Shown here piece after piece: positions 32,030-40,681 of a stretch of DNA of 64,000 bases. How positions within the stretch are numbered: position 1 is the first letter of the stretch; every line of letters starts with the position of its first letter. The notes under the pieces were generated by a model that was not told the DNA's origin, searched no databases, and was given only the letters and a program-made list of their open reading frames with translations. Source of the stretch: Chloroflexota bacterium. Lineage in GTDB: Bacteria; Chloroflexota; Dormibacteria; CF-121. Both the position numbers and the translations under genes were made by a program. The stretch lies in NCBI GenBank assembly GCA_005880615.1, contig VBID01000115.1, positions 16,431 to 80,430 on the forward strand, in the 5' to 3' direction.

Positions 32030-33550
32030 CTAGGCGGTCCCTTCGGCGACCTTCTCGGTGACCTGGTACTCGAGGTACATACCCAGCATCAGTCGGGTCT
32101 GCGCCTCCAGCGCCGGGAGCACACTCAGGAAGAGCCCGACCACGGGATAGCTCACCAGCTGGAAGTACGACCACAGCTGACGCCACCAGCCCCAGCGCGG
32201 CGGCCGGGGCGGGTTGAGCCGTGACTCCACCCAGATCAGCAAGGCGATGTTGAGGAGCGTGATATTCAGCAGGCCAACCGTGATGCCGCCCAGCGAGGCG
32301 GCCGCGTTGGTCAGGCTCCAGTCGAAGTTCAACAGCCGGGGAATGGCGGCCCCGAAGAACAGCAGGATGGGGAGCGTGGCCCAGGTGAGGTGGTTGAACA
32401 CCATGTACCCGTAGCGCCGGGCGCGGAGCCACCAGGGAATATCGCTCCGTCGCAGCAGCCGGACGGTCACGTAGGGCAGGTCGCTCACCCCCCAGGCCCA
32501 CCGTTTGATCTGGTTGTACTGGTTCACGTGGGTGCTGCTCCAGTCCCGCGACTGGGGGGCGTCGCCATAGATGGGCAGGCAGACGGGGATCATCTTCAGC
32601 CGGCCGGCGGTGGTAAAGAAGGCTTTCCAGTAAAAACGGGAATCCTCGGGGATGACATCGTCATCCCAGTAGCCCACCCGGGCCACCAGGTCGAGGGACA
32701 TCGAGTAGCTGCTGAAGGCCACCAGCCGGTCCGGTCGCGACTGCAGGAACATCTGGTACTGGGTGCAGGCGCTGGCCATCACCCGGATCGCGGTCGGGAC
32801 CCGCCACAGGTTGTTGTGGAACATCGGGATGGGCTGGTAGATGCGTTCCAGGCGGCCAGGGTCCAGCACGTAGCGGTACGTGATGCAGCTGAAATACTCC
32901 CTGTGGACGCGAAAATCAGAATCGAGGTCAGTGATGACGACGTCTTTGGGGTCCAGGCCCATCCGGTCGAGCTCCTGCTTCAACACCGGCCCGCCGTAGG
33001 CCATCGCCGCCGACTTGCCGACCACGATGCCCGGCAGCAGCGGATCCTTGATGTGGAAGAACGCCCGCAGCCGGGGGCCGAACTCCTCCTGGAGCCGGCG
33101 AACGTTGTCCCACCCGGGCCGGTCCGTTTCCCGGGTGATGATCGCCACCACCTTGTTCTCGGCTGGGTAGTGGGCGTCCACGATGGCCTTGACGGTGGCC
33201 CGCAGGATCTCGTAGGGCTCGGTATAGGTGGGGATAAGGGCGGCGTGGATCACCTGGCGCGGGTCGGGACGGCTGGGATCGGTGGGCAGGTCGAGGCACC
33301 GCTGCCACCAATCCACGGCCTCCGTCATCCGCAGCTTCCGGTAGGTCCGCAGGATGCCGGCCACCACCAGGAAGGAGCGGGCAAACCAGTACACGTCGAT
33401 GACCACGATGGCGAAGGCCACGTAGGCGGCGAAGGGGAGGGAGGCGACCAGGGGCGCTGCCAGGATGATCCAGGTGAGCGTCCCGGGGGCGCGCTCGAGT
33501 GCCCGTTGGACCCGGCGCTGGGCGGGAGTGAGTACGGCTGTCCTCGGCAC
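32030..33550 (-). CDS. membrane-embedded processive family-2 glycosyltransferase (QxxRW motif)
   Basis: 506 aa; N-terminal TM helices, GT-A catalytic domain with DxD (ITDLDSD), QIKRWAWG (the Q(Q/R)xRW motif of cellulose/chitin/hyaluronan-synthase-like processive GT2 enzymes), and C-terminal TM bundle. Confidence 0.7.
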   Translation of the reverse strand: MPRTAVLTPAQRRVQRALERAPGTLTWIILAAPLVASLPFAAYVAFAIVVIDVYWFARSFLVVAGILRTYRKLRMTEAVDWWQRCLDLPTDPSRPDPRQVIHAALIPTYTEPYEILRATVKAIVDAHYPAENKVVAIITRETDRPGWDNVRRLQEEFGPRLRAFFHIKDPLLPGIVVGKSAAMAYGGPVLKQELDRMGLDPKDVVITDLDSDFRVHREYFSCITYRYVLDPGRLERIYQPIPMFHNNLWRVPTAIRVMASACTQYQMFLQSRPDRLVAFSSYSMSLDLVARVGYWDDDVIPEDSRFYWKAFFTTAGRLKMIPVCLPIYGDAPQSRDWSSTHVNQYNQIKRWAWGVSDLPYVTVRLLRRSDIPWWLRARRYGYMVFNHLTWATLPILLFFGAAIPRLLNFDWSLTNAAASLGGITVGLLNITLLNIALLIWVESRLNPPRPPRWGWWRQLWSYFQLVSYPVVGLFLSVLPALEAQTRLMLGMYLEYQVTEKVAEGTA

Positions 33551-33823
33551 GGTCCTCCTCGTGGCGGCCGCCCCCGATGGGCTGGGAGGGGCTGAAACCT
33601 AGTCTAATCGGCGCTTTGAGACACGATTTGCACCATTACCCCCCAGCGGCACTGTCAGGACCTGCGGCCGTAGCCTTCCAGACAGGGACCGTCTATACTG
33701 AAGGTCGGGTTGCCGACAGGTTCGTGAGGGGCCTGTCCGATGCTCGTCACACGGGCACCCAGCCGTCGAGCCCCCGACCTGCCAGAACGCAGGCCCAATG
33801 ATGCGCACTAAGGAGCGCGCTGT

Positions 33824-36367
33824 TTGAGCATACGGATCCCGCCTGTCGCTGCAGGATCACCCTTCGCCCGCCGCGCCCCGGACCTGGTGGCCCGGCGGAT
33901 TGCCGTCTCGGCCGCGCCCGATAGTCAGGCGGCTGCCTTGCTGGAGCACGCCGGGCCTGACGTCCTGACCCGCCTGATGACCGAGGCTACCGAGGGCGAC
34001 GGCTACGTCGACATCACAGCCACGCCCGTCCGCCTGACCCTTCACCTGCAGAAACGAACCACCACCTCCATCGAGCGCTTCGGCCTGCTCGGGAGCCTCT
34101 ACGGCACCGCCAGCAAAGACCTGGCCTTTGCCGTGGAGCGGCTGCAGCAGGACCCCGATCCGACCAAGGATGCCGGCGACATCCTCGCCATCGAGGTGGA
34201 GGAGGTGGTCCTGGACGCGCCGGCGTACTCGGCCGGTGACGATTGGGTGCAGCGGCGCCTGTGCGCGTTGCAGGAGGCCGCCTCCTTGCCGCTGGTGCTC
34301 GCCGGCCAGGAATTCGCCAACCACGAGCGCCAATGGCTGGCCAAGCAGGCCGAGCAGGACGCTCGCCCCTACGAAGTCGAAACCGAGGGCTTTATCTGCG
34401 GGAAGTGCGACAACCTCCAGCAAAACGGCCCGCGCTGCGCCGTCTGCGGGACTACCACCGGCGACCGGGCTGCCGGCGCGGTCATCGTGCTCAGCCGGCG
34501 AGGGGGCTTCAAAGAGGGCGACCGGGTGGTCATCACGCCCAGCGTGGGAAGCGAACGTGAAGGCCAGCTGCTGCGAGCCCAGGGCGGAGGCGGCCGGCGC
34601 TGGCTGGTCAAGTTACGCGACGAGGGTGCGCTTGGCCCGGGCACCATCCGGCCCCAGCCCATCACGGCCGTGGTCGAGGTCCAGCAGCGGACCCTCAACG
34701 GATTCGGAGCCGGCGACATCAGCCTGCGCCGGGTGGCGGCGCTGCTGATTGCGCCGGATGAGGTCCGGCCTCCGGTGGCCTCCGCCATCGAGCCGTTTGA
34801 CGCGCGGCTGAACCCCAGCCAGCGGGAAGCAGTCGCCGGCGGCACCGGGCTGCAGCCCGGCTCGATGATGCTGGTCCAGGGGCCACCCGGCACCGGCAAG
34901 ACCACCTCCATCGTGGAAACGGTGCGCCAGCTGGTGGCGCGCGACCCCGACGTCCGCATCCTCATGACCTCGCATGCCAACACCGCAGTGGACAACGCTC
35001 AGGAGCGGCTGCAGGGGCTGGACTCGCTCCGGATGGTACGCATCGCCGAGCCGGAGAAGGTGGACCCCAAGTTTCGCTCCAGCATCGTCGATTCCGACGA
35101 TCCACGGGTGCGCAGCGCGCACGTCGTGTTCGGCACCGTCAACCGGATCGCGCTGGCCTGCCGGGAGGCCGAAATGTTCGATTGGCTGATCCTGGACGAG
35201 GCCAACAAGGTGCGCTTCACGGAGACGCTGCCACTGCTGCGGTTGGCCCCCCGCTGGCTGCTGGTGGGTGACCACCGGCAGCTCCCGCCGGTGCTCGATG
35301 AGAGCGCAGCCGCCTTTCCGGTCGACGAGGACGAGGCCCGGGTGATGGTTCGGGATGCCAGCTTCTTCGAGCTCAGCTGGGCCGTCCTGCCGGAATCCAA
35401 CCTGGTGATGCTGGATGAGCAGTACCGGATGGCGGCGCCCATCGGGACCTACGTGTCGCAGGCGTCCTACGACGGGCGGCTCAAGAACAGCCCGGAGATG
35501 GGGGCCCTGCGCTCCCCGTTGCCCTGGCCCTTCAACCGCAACTTGACCTGGCTCACCATCCGCGGGCGCGAGAAGAAGAGCGGGTCCGGCAGCCTGAGCA
35601 ACCGGGCTGAGATCGAGGCCGTGGGACGCGTGGTCCGCCACCTGCAGCGGCTGGGCCTCGGCCATTTGAAGGTGGCCGTCATCGCCATGTACCAGGACCA
35701 GGTGACCCAGCTGCGACGGGAGCTGCGCACCATCGACCTGCCCGAGCTGTACGTCGATACCGTGGACGCCTTCGAGGGTGAGGAGGCGGACGTCGTCATC
35801 CTGAGCCTGGTCCGCAGCAACGAGGCCGAGCGCATCGGCTTCCTCAAGAAGGCACAGCGGCTGAACGTCGCCATCTCCCGCGCCAAGCACCTGCTGATCG
35901 TGGTCGGGGATATCGAGACGCTAACCGGGCGGGAAGGGCAGGACCTGTATCGGCCCCTGCTGGAGCACATCGAGCGTGAGGGCCGGGTGGCCGGCATTGG
36001 CGCCCTCCATGCCATGGACGCTGCCGCCGGTGGACGGCACCGAGATCGGCGCCGCGGGCGCGTTGGGCAACCCGCGGTCGGCCGTCGGGGACGGCGCCGC
36101 CGGCCCTATGTCGCCAGCGGGGCGGCGACCCCAGCCGTCAGTCCGAATGGCGCTGAGACGGCGGCTGAAGGCACGCCGGCCGGACCCGTCGCGGATGGGG
36201 CAGCCGGCCAGCCGACGGCCGCGCCGCGCCGGTTCAGACGTCGGCGAGGACGGCGGCGTGGGCCCGGCCGCCCACCGCTGAATGGGGAGGTGGGCCAGAC
36301 ACCAGCTGGCGAGCAGCCAGCCACGCCGGCCCAGCCCCAGCCGGCTCCGATCGCGCAGGCCGACTAA
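33824..36367 (+). CDS. Upf1-like/DNA2-like SF1B helicase with novel Zn-ribbon N-terminal domain and Arg/Gly-rich C-terminal tail
   Basis: Helicase motifs: I GPPGTGKTT, II LILDEANKV, III VGDHRQLPPV, IV DEQYRMAAPIGTYVSQASY, V/VI DAFEGEEADVVILSLVRSN...LNVAISRAKHLLIVVGD (AAA_11/AAA_12 architecture). The N-terminal ~330 aa has no recognised domain apart from a CGKCDN...CAVCG zinc ribbon. The last ~120 aa are low-complexity (RHRDRRRGRVGQPAVGRRGRRRRP...RRFRRRRGRRRGPGRP). The stop TAA is the first triplet of MITE copy C. Confidence 0.8.
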   Translation: MSIRIPPVAAGSPFARRAPDLVARRIAVSAAPDSQAAALLEHAGPDVLTRLMTEATEGDGYVDITATPVRLTLHLQKRTTTSIERFGLLGSLYGTASKDLAFAVERLQQDPDPTKDAGDILAIEVEEVVLDAPAYSAGDDWVQRRLCALQEAASLPLVLAGQEFANHERQWLAKQAEQDARPYEVETEGFICGKCDNLQQNGPRCAVCGTTTGDRAAGAVIVLSRRGGFKEGDRVVITPSVGSEREGQLLRAQGGGGRRWLVKLRDEGALGPGTIRPQPITAVVEVQQRTLNGFGAGDISLRRVAALLIAPDEVRPPVASAIEPFDARLNPSQREAVAGGTGLQPGSMMLVQGPPGTGKTTSIVETVRQLVARDPDVRILMTSHANTAVDNAQERLQGLDSLRMVRIAEPEKVDPKFRSSIVDSDDPRVRSAHVVFGTVNRIALACREAEMFDWLILDEANKVRFTETLPLLRLAPRWLLVGDHRQLPPVLDESAAAFPVDEDEARVMVRDASFFELSWAVLPESNLVMLDEQYRMAAPIGTYVSQASYDGRLKNSPEMGALRSPLPWPFNRNLTWLTIRGREKKSGSGSLSNRAEIEAVGRVVRHLQRLGLGHLKVAVIAMYQDQVTQLRRELRTIDLPELYVDTVDAFEGEEADVVILSLVRSNEAERIGFLKKAQRLNVAISRAKHLLIVVGDIETLTGREGQDLYRPLLEHIEREGRVAGIGALHAMDAAAGGRHRDRRRGRVGQPAVGRRGRRRRPYVASGAATPAVSPNGAETAAEGTPAGPVADGAAGQPTAAPRRFRRRRGRRRGPGRPPLNGEVGQTPAGEQPATPAQPQPAPIAQAD

Positions 36368-36721
36368 GCCCGGATCCGCCGATCGGACGACGCAGCTTGG
36401 GATGTCCGGCGAGATGAGCGGTAGGAGGCGACGAGCACACGCAGGAGCGCACCTGAATGGTGCCTAACCGAGCGCGCGCAGGAGACGACACCCGGAGCCC
36501 GGGGCCGTCGGACGAACGAAGCAGATTGGGATGCGGGGCGTGCCGAGCCGCAGGAGGCGACGAGCACGCGAGGGAGCGCATCCGTCGATGCGTGACTGAG
36601 CGCGCGCAGGAGACGACGCCCGGATCGGCCGCAGCCGCGCCCAAGATGCGAGTTTGTTCCGGCGGCCTCGGGCTCAGCTCGCCCGGCGCCCAGGAGGCAA
36701 GTTCGATTCGGTGGATTCGGC
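36365..36721. mobile_element. MITE-like element, copy C (two internal ~125-bp tandem units)
   Basis: Left TIR TAAGCCCGGATCCGCCGATCGGACGA; right TIR (reverse complement) GGCCGAATCCACCGAATCGAAC; ~90% identical to copy D throughout. Confidence 0.8.
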
Positions 36722-36726
36722 CGTGA

Positions 36727-37659
36727 CTAGCTCGTCTTCGCCGGCGGCCCGCCCGCAGGGGCCGCGTCGAGCACCCCGCGGAGTGCCTGGACGGCACCGA
36801 GCAAGCCCATGGACTCGTAGGGCACGACGATCTTGGAATTGTCGCTGGCCGCGAACTTGCTGAGCGTATCGAGCTGCAGGATGGAGACCAGGGTTGGATC
36901 CGGAGCGGCGTCGTGGATTGCCTTGTAGACCGTGGCAATGGCCTGGCCCCGGCCTTCGGCTTCGAGAATGGTCGCCTGGCGAATGCCCTCGGCGCGCAGG
37001 ATGGCCGCCTGCCTCTCCCCTTCCGCGTTCTTGATGGCGGCCTGCTTGGCGCCGTCGGCAATGTTGACGGCCGATTGCTGCTGTCCCTCCGACTTGAGGA
37101 TGAGAGCCCGCTTCTCCTGGTCGGCCGTCTTCTGGAGCGCCAGGGCGTTCAAGATCTGCTGGGGCGGCGCGATGTCGACGATCTCGATCCGGTTGATCCG
37201 GATCCCCCATTTGTCGGTGACCGATTCCATCTGTTGTTGGAGTTGGGCGTTGATGCGCTCCCGCTGGCTGAGGGCCTCATCCAGGGTCATCCCACCGAAG
37301 ATGGCCCGCAGGGTGGTCCGGGAGAGCTGGTCAATAGCGATGAAGTAGTTGCTGACACTGAAGAGGGCCAGCTTGGCATCAACCACCTGGCTGAAGATGG
37401 TGGCGTTCACGCTGACCGTGACGTTGTCGCGCGTGATGACGTCCTGCTTGTCGCCGGTGCGAGGCGTTTCGCGGATGTCCACTAGCTGCAGGTCGTCGAT
37501 CAGCGGGACCAGGAACACCACGCCCGGCGGGCGCGAGCCGAGGAACTGGCCGAGCCGCTTGATGACGCCCACGTAGCCCTGCTGCACGATGCGGACGGTC
37601 CGGGCGATGACCAGGATGATCAGGAGGACGAGAATCCCGATGAAGATGGCGAGGCCCAT
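36727..37659 (-). CDS. SPFH/band-7 protein (stomatin/prohibitin-like)
   Basis: N-terminal TM anchor, SPFH domain (VQQGYVGVIKRLGQF...), coiled-coil Ala/Gln-rich C-terminal region. Confidence 0.9.
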   Translation of the reverse strand: MGLAIFIGILVLLIILVIARTVRIVQQGYVGVIKRLGQFLGSRPPGVVFLVPLIDDLQLVDIRETPRTGDKQDVITRDNVTVSVNATIFSQVVDAKLALFSVSNYFIAIDQLSRTTLRAIFGGMTLDEALSQRERINAQLQQQMESVTDKWGIRINRIEIVDIAPPQQILNALALQKTADQEKRALILKSEGQQQSAVNIADGAKQAAIKNAEGERQAAILRAEGIRQATILEAEGRGQAIATVYKAIHDAAPDPTLVSILQLDTLSKFAASDNSKIVVPYESMGLLGAVQALRGVLDAAPAGGPPAKTS

Positions 37660-37678
37660 GGTTACCCCTCTTTGTTGA

Positions 37679-38149
37679 CTAGGTCGATGACGTCGAGCTC
37701 TGGACGGGTTCCACGACCAGCGTGGCGTTGCGCAGTGCTTTGATCACGACGGTGGTGTCCGCCTGGACCGGGCTCCCGTCGGCACTGATGGCCGGCCAGC
37801 GTTCGCCAAAGATGACCAGGTGGCCCGGCCGCTCGAGACCCAGGATGGCGTCGGTGAGGACAACCCGCTGCCCGATCATGCCCTCCGCGCCCGAGACCAG
37901 CGGGGCCTTTCCACCCCGGTGCAGCGAGCGCATCACCAGCGGGCGGAAGAGCAGGATGCCACCCACGCCGACCACGCCGAAGACGAGGACCTGCACCAGA
38001 ATCGGAAGCCCCAGCGCGGCCGCGAGGGCGGCGCCGACGGCCCCGGCCGCCAGGAAGGCGGCAAAGAAGGCAAGCGTCAGGATCTCTCCGACGGCAAAGG
38101 CCACCCCGACGATCAGCCAGAACCAGAACCAGCCGCTCATTCCGGCCAC
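37679..38149 (-). CDS. NfeD-family membrane protein (stomatin operon partner)
   Basis: Two or three TM helices followed by a C-terminal OB-fold (GMIGQRVVLTDAI...GHLVIFGERWPAI); typical pairing with the SPFH gene. Confidence 0.85.
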   Translation of the reverse strand: MAGMSGWFWFWLIVGVAFAVGEILTLAFFAAFLAAGAVGAALAAALGLPILVQVLVFGVVGVGGILLFRPLVMRSLHRGGKAPLVSGAEGMIGQRVVLTDAILGLERPGHLVIFGERWPAISADGSPVQADTTVVIKALRNATLVVEPVQSSTSST

Positions 38150-38167
38150 ATTGTAGTTCTCATGCGC

Positions 38168-39124
38168 TCATTCCGGGACCCACTCCCGGGTGAGATACAG
38201 CCAGAAGGCCAGGCCCGCGTAGCGACCGTAGCGCCGGAACCGGAACTTCATCGCGTCGTCGGTCGCCCGCTTCCGGTTCGCAATCCGGGCATAGGTGGGG
38301 CGAGTCCAGGAGTCGAGGACCAGCCGCGAGTATCGGCCGAGCATCATCATGATGTGCGCGGCCGCGTAGGGGCCCACCCCGGGGAGCGCCAGCAGCCGGG
38401 CCGCCAGTTCGTCGTCAGGCAGCTCGTCCGGGGTTGCCTGGCCCAGGGCCTCGAGGTCAACCATCTTGGCGGCCACCGACTGCGCCAGTCCCTTGAGGTA
38501 GGCGCCCCGATAGCCGGCTCGCACCGTGTTGCGATAAAAGGCATTACTGGCGGCGGCCATCGCCGCGGGTGTGGGAAAGGTTCGACCCCTCGCGCCGTTC
38601 GCCGGAGCGCCGGCGGCGGGCTCGCCCAGGTGGGCCACCAGCGCCGTCACCATGCGTTCGGTCGCGGACCACGCGCAGTTGGTGGTGCAGATGGTCTTCA
38701 CTATGTCCTCGAAAACCGTCGAGCTCCGGATCATGCGCCCCGCCCCGGCCGCAGCCCAGGCGAGGTCGGGATCGGCGGTGGCCAGGGCGTAGAAGGACGA
38801 CAGGTCCTCACCCAGCCGAAGGATGTGTCCCACCGCCCGGCGGACGGCATCACGGGTTCCGTCGGACGGCCTGATGCCCAGCACCGTGATTTGGGCCGCG
38901 GTCGCTCCCGCACGAGTGACGCGGACCATCCTGGGCCGGTGGCCGGCGATGGGGACGGTGACCTCGAGGGTGCACGTGTGCTCGTCCACAGCCAAGGGCG
39001 GCAGCGTCGCGACGCCGTGCGAGGTCAGCGTTCGCAGGAGATCGATGGGCTCGCCCTGAGGACCTACAAGGGGCAGGTCTATGCTGCTTGCGGCTCGCGC
39101 TGGCCCGTCGGTCACAGCCTTCAT
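38168..39124 (-). CDS. DNA-3-methyladenine glycosylase II-like (HhH-GPD superfamily, AlkA-like)
   Basis: HhH-GPD region LLALPGVGPYAAAHIMMMLGRYSRLVLDSW with catalytic Asp. Start moved to the internal Met (MKAVTDG) because the ORF's first 33 codons overlap the tRNA-Arg gene. Confidence 0.7.
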   Translation of the reverse strand: MKAVTDGPARAASSIDLPLVGPQGEPIDLLRTLTSHGVATLPPLAVDEHTCTLEVTVPIAGHRPRMVRVTRAGATAAQITVLGIRPSDGTRDAVRRAVGHILRLGEDLSSFYALATADPDLAWAAAGAGRMIRSSTVFEDIVKTICTTNCAWSATERMVTALVAHLGEPAAGAPANGARGRTFPTPAAMAAASNAFYRNTVRAGYRGAYLKGLAQSVAAKMVDLEALGQATPDELPDDELAARLLALPGVGPYAAAHIMMMLGRYSRLVLDSWTRPTYARIANRKRATDDAMKFRFRRYGRYAGLAFWLYLTREWVPE

Positions 39125-39136
39125 GATGTCGAAGAA

Positions 39137-39213
39137 TGGTGCCCTCGGCAGGACTCGAACCTGCGACGCCCGCCTTAGGACGGCGGCGCTCTGGTCCCCT
39201 GAGCTACGAGGGC
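39137..39213 (-). tRNA. tRNA-Arg (anticodon CCT), CCA encoded
   Basis: Reverse complement GCCCTCGTAGCTCAGGGGACCAGAGCGCCGCCGTCCTAAGGCGGGCGTCGCAGGTTCGAGTCCTGCCGAGGGCACCA. 7-bp acceptor stem, D arm GCTC/GAGC, anticodon stem CCGCC/GGCGG with loop GTCCTAA, T-loop TTCGAGT. Confidence 0.9.
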
Positions 39214-39284
39214 GACGACCCATCAGACGCCGTAGGCGAGTATACCCGCGCTACAATTGGCCTCTGCCGCCTGAGGCGGCTCCG

Positions 39285-39360
39285 TCGGGGCGTAGCTCAG
39301 CCAGGTTAGAGCGCACGGTTCGGGACCGTGAGGTCGGTGGTTCAAATCCACTCGCCCCGA
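39285..39360 (+). tRNA. tRNA-Pro (anticodon CGG)
   Basis: CGGGGCGTAGCTCAGCCAGGTTAGAGCGCACGGTTCGGGACCGTGAGGTCGGTGGTTCAAATCCACTCGCCCCGA. Acceptor CGGGGCG/CGCCCCG, anticodon loop TTCGGGA, T-loop TTCAAAT; no encoded CCA. Confidence 0.9.
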
Positions 39361-39445
39361 TTCTTCAAGATCGGATATTTGGGCTGCCAGGCGATCGTCG
39401 GCCACCATTTGGGTGATGGCCTCAGCCCACGCCGATTGCGAGACG

Positions 39446-40648
39446 CTATCGCGAATACGTGGTGGGCGAATCCAACGCAAAGGCAGTGCGACAGGAGCCC
39501 GCCTGGGCCTCGAATAGCAAGCGGGTCGCTGACACGAGTTGGATCAAGACACGCCGAGCCGGGTGAGAGGAAGACTGTGTGGAAGTCTGTTGCCCCTGCT
39601 GACCCACCGACTCAAAACAGTACACCTCGTTGCCCGGGGTAATCCCTGAGAACTCGCGGTTGACCGTGCCACTGCTGGTGGGGATGAAATCCAGCTTGAA
39701 GGCGCTGCCTCCATTGCCTCCAAATGACACCACGCCCTGCCCTGGGTCGAAGTTATCGTGAACGAGGGCAAGGCTTTTGCTCCAGCCCTCCGGACTGCCT
39801 GCCGATACGTCGCCCACAAACCAGTTGCCCTGGGCGGTCCCCGCCTGGTCTTGCATGACCGTACCGCAAACGGGCGGAGTCGTTCGGGGACTGCCGGTCC
39901 GCCCAAAGCGCGGCAGCATACTGTCACGAACGCTGCCGACAAACAAATCGAATGGACACACGACGTGTAGTTGGTTGTAGCGAGCAGGGTTCGAGTACGC
40001 CATCGGCGGAGTCCGGTCGTCCGTGGCCCCGAAATCAAAGCCGGCCGCGGTTCCGCCGCCCGCTTGCCCGATGACTTCACCCGCCTGGGCCACGTAATCG
40101 AAATTGGACTTGCAATAGCGGTAGGTGTCGCCGGGTCGCGGATGGTAATCCTCACAGCGCTCTCCGGCCGTAGAAACCGCCTGGCTCAGCGCTGAGGAAA
40201 GACCCGTGATGTGGTCGAAATAGGCGTCGACTCCCGGACAGGGCGAGAAATCGACTTTGGAATCGTGGCTGCGGACGGCACTACCAACGATCGTGGTGAT
40301 TCGGGTCACTCTGGTGATGTGGATCCTGGCAGGAGCCCGAACGCTCGTCACGGGTGGTGGGGCCTGCCTGAAGTCACCCGCGAACACGTAGTAAATGTGG
40401 TCGGTGGGTGTGGTGTGATCGGGTGGACTCAAATTTCCGAGAGGAATCAGGTAGGCAAAAGCGCTGCTGTCGGTCGGCGCCACTGTGAAGACCGCACCGC
40501 TGCTGGGGCATCCCGGCTCCGCCAGGCGGGCGATGACGTGTTGGAGCTGCGAGTGCAAAACGAGGGGGACGCCGAGCAGGACCACGATCGGGGCGATGAG
40601 AACGAGATGCCTAGGTCGCCCGGCAATCCACCTCAGGCGAGCCCCCAC
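39446..40648 (-). CDS. hypothetical secreted/membrane-anchored protein (400 aa), no recognisable domain
   Basis: N-terminal signal-anchor (LVLIAPIVVLLGVPLVL); Cys-, Gly-, Ser/Thr-rich; immediately downstream of the tRNA-Pro gene. Confidence 0.5.
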   Translation of the reverse strand: MGARLRWIAGRPRHLVLIAPIVVLLGVPLVLHSQLQHVIARLAEPGCPSSGAVFTVAPTDSSAFAYLIPLGNLSPPDHTTPTDHIYYVFAGDFRQAPPPVTSVRAPARIHITRVTRITTIVGSAVRSHDSKVDFSPCPGVDAYFDHITGLSSALSQAVSTAGERCEDYHPRPGDTYRYCKSNFDYVAQAGEVIGQAGGGTAAGFDFGATDDRTPPMAYSNPARYNQLHVVCPFDLFVGSVRDSMLPRFGRTGSPRTTPPVCGTVMQDQAGTAQGNWFVGDVSAGSPEGWSKSLALVHDNFDPGQGVVSFGGNGGSAFKLDFIPTSSGTVNREFSGITPGNEVYCFESVGQQGQQTSTQSSSHPARRVLIQLVSATRLLFEAQAGSCRTAFALDSPTTYSR

Positions 40649-40681
40649 GACACCTCAACGGCCGGCCCCGACGGCCCCTGC

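Noticed and set aside
33551-33823. Riboswitch in the helicase leader
   Set aside because: A palindrome and a -10-like box are present, but I could not match any known riboswitch consensus by eye; kept only as part of the helicase finding.
36365-36721. MITE internal tandem units as a CRISPR-like or rRNA fragment
   Set aside because: Two ~125-bp units without spacers, flanked by TIRs, no rRNA similarity recognised; consistent with a TIR element instead.
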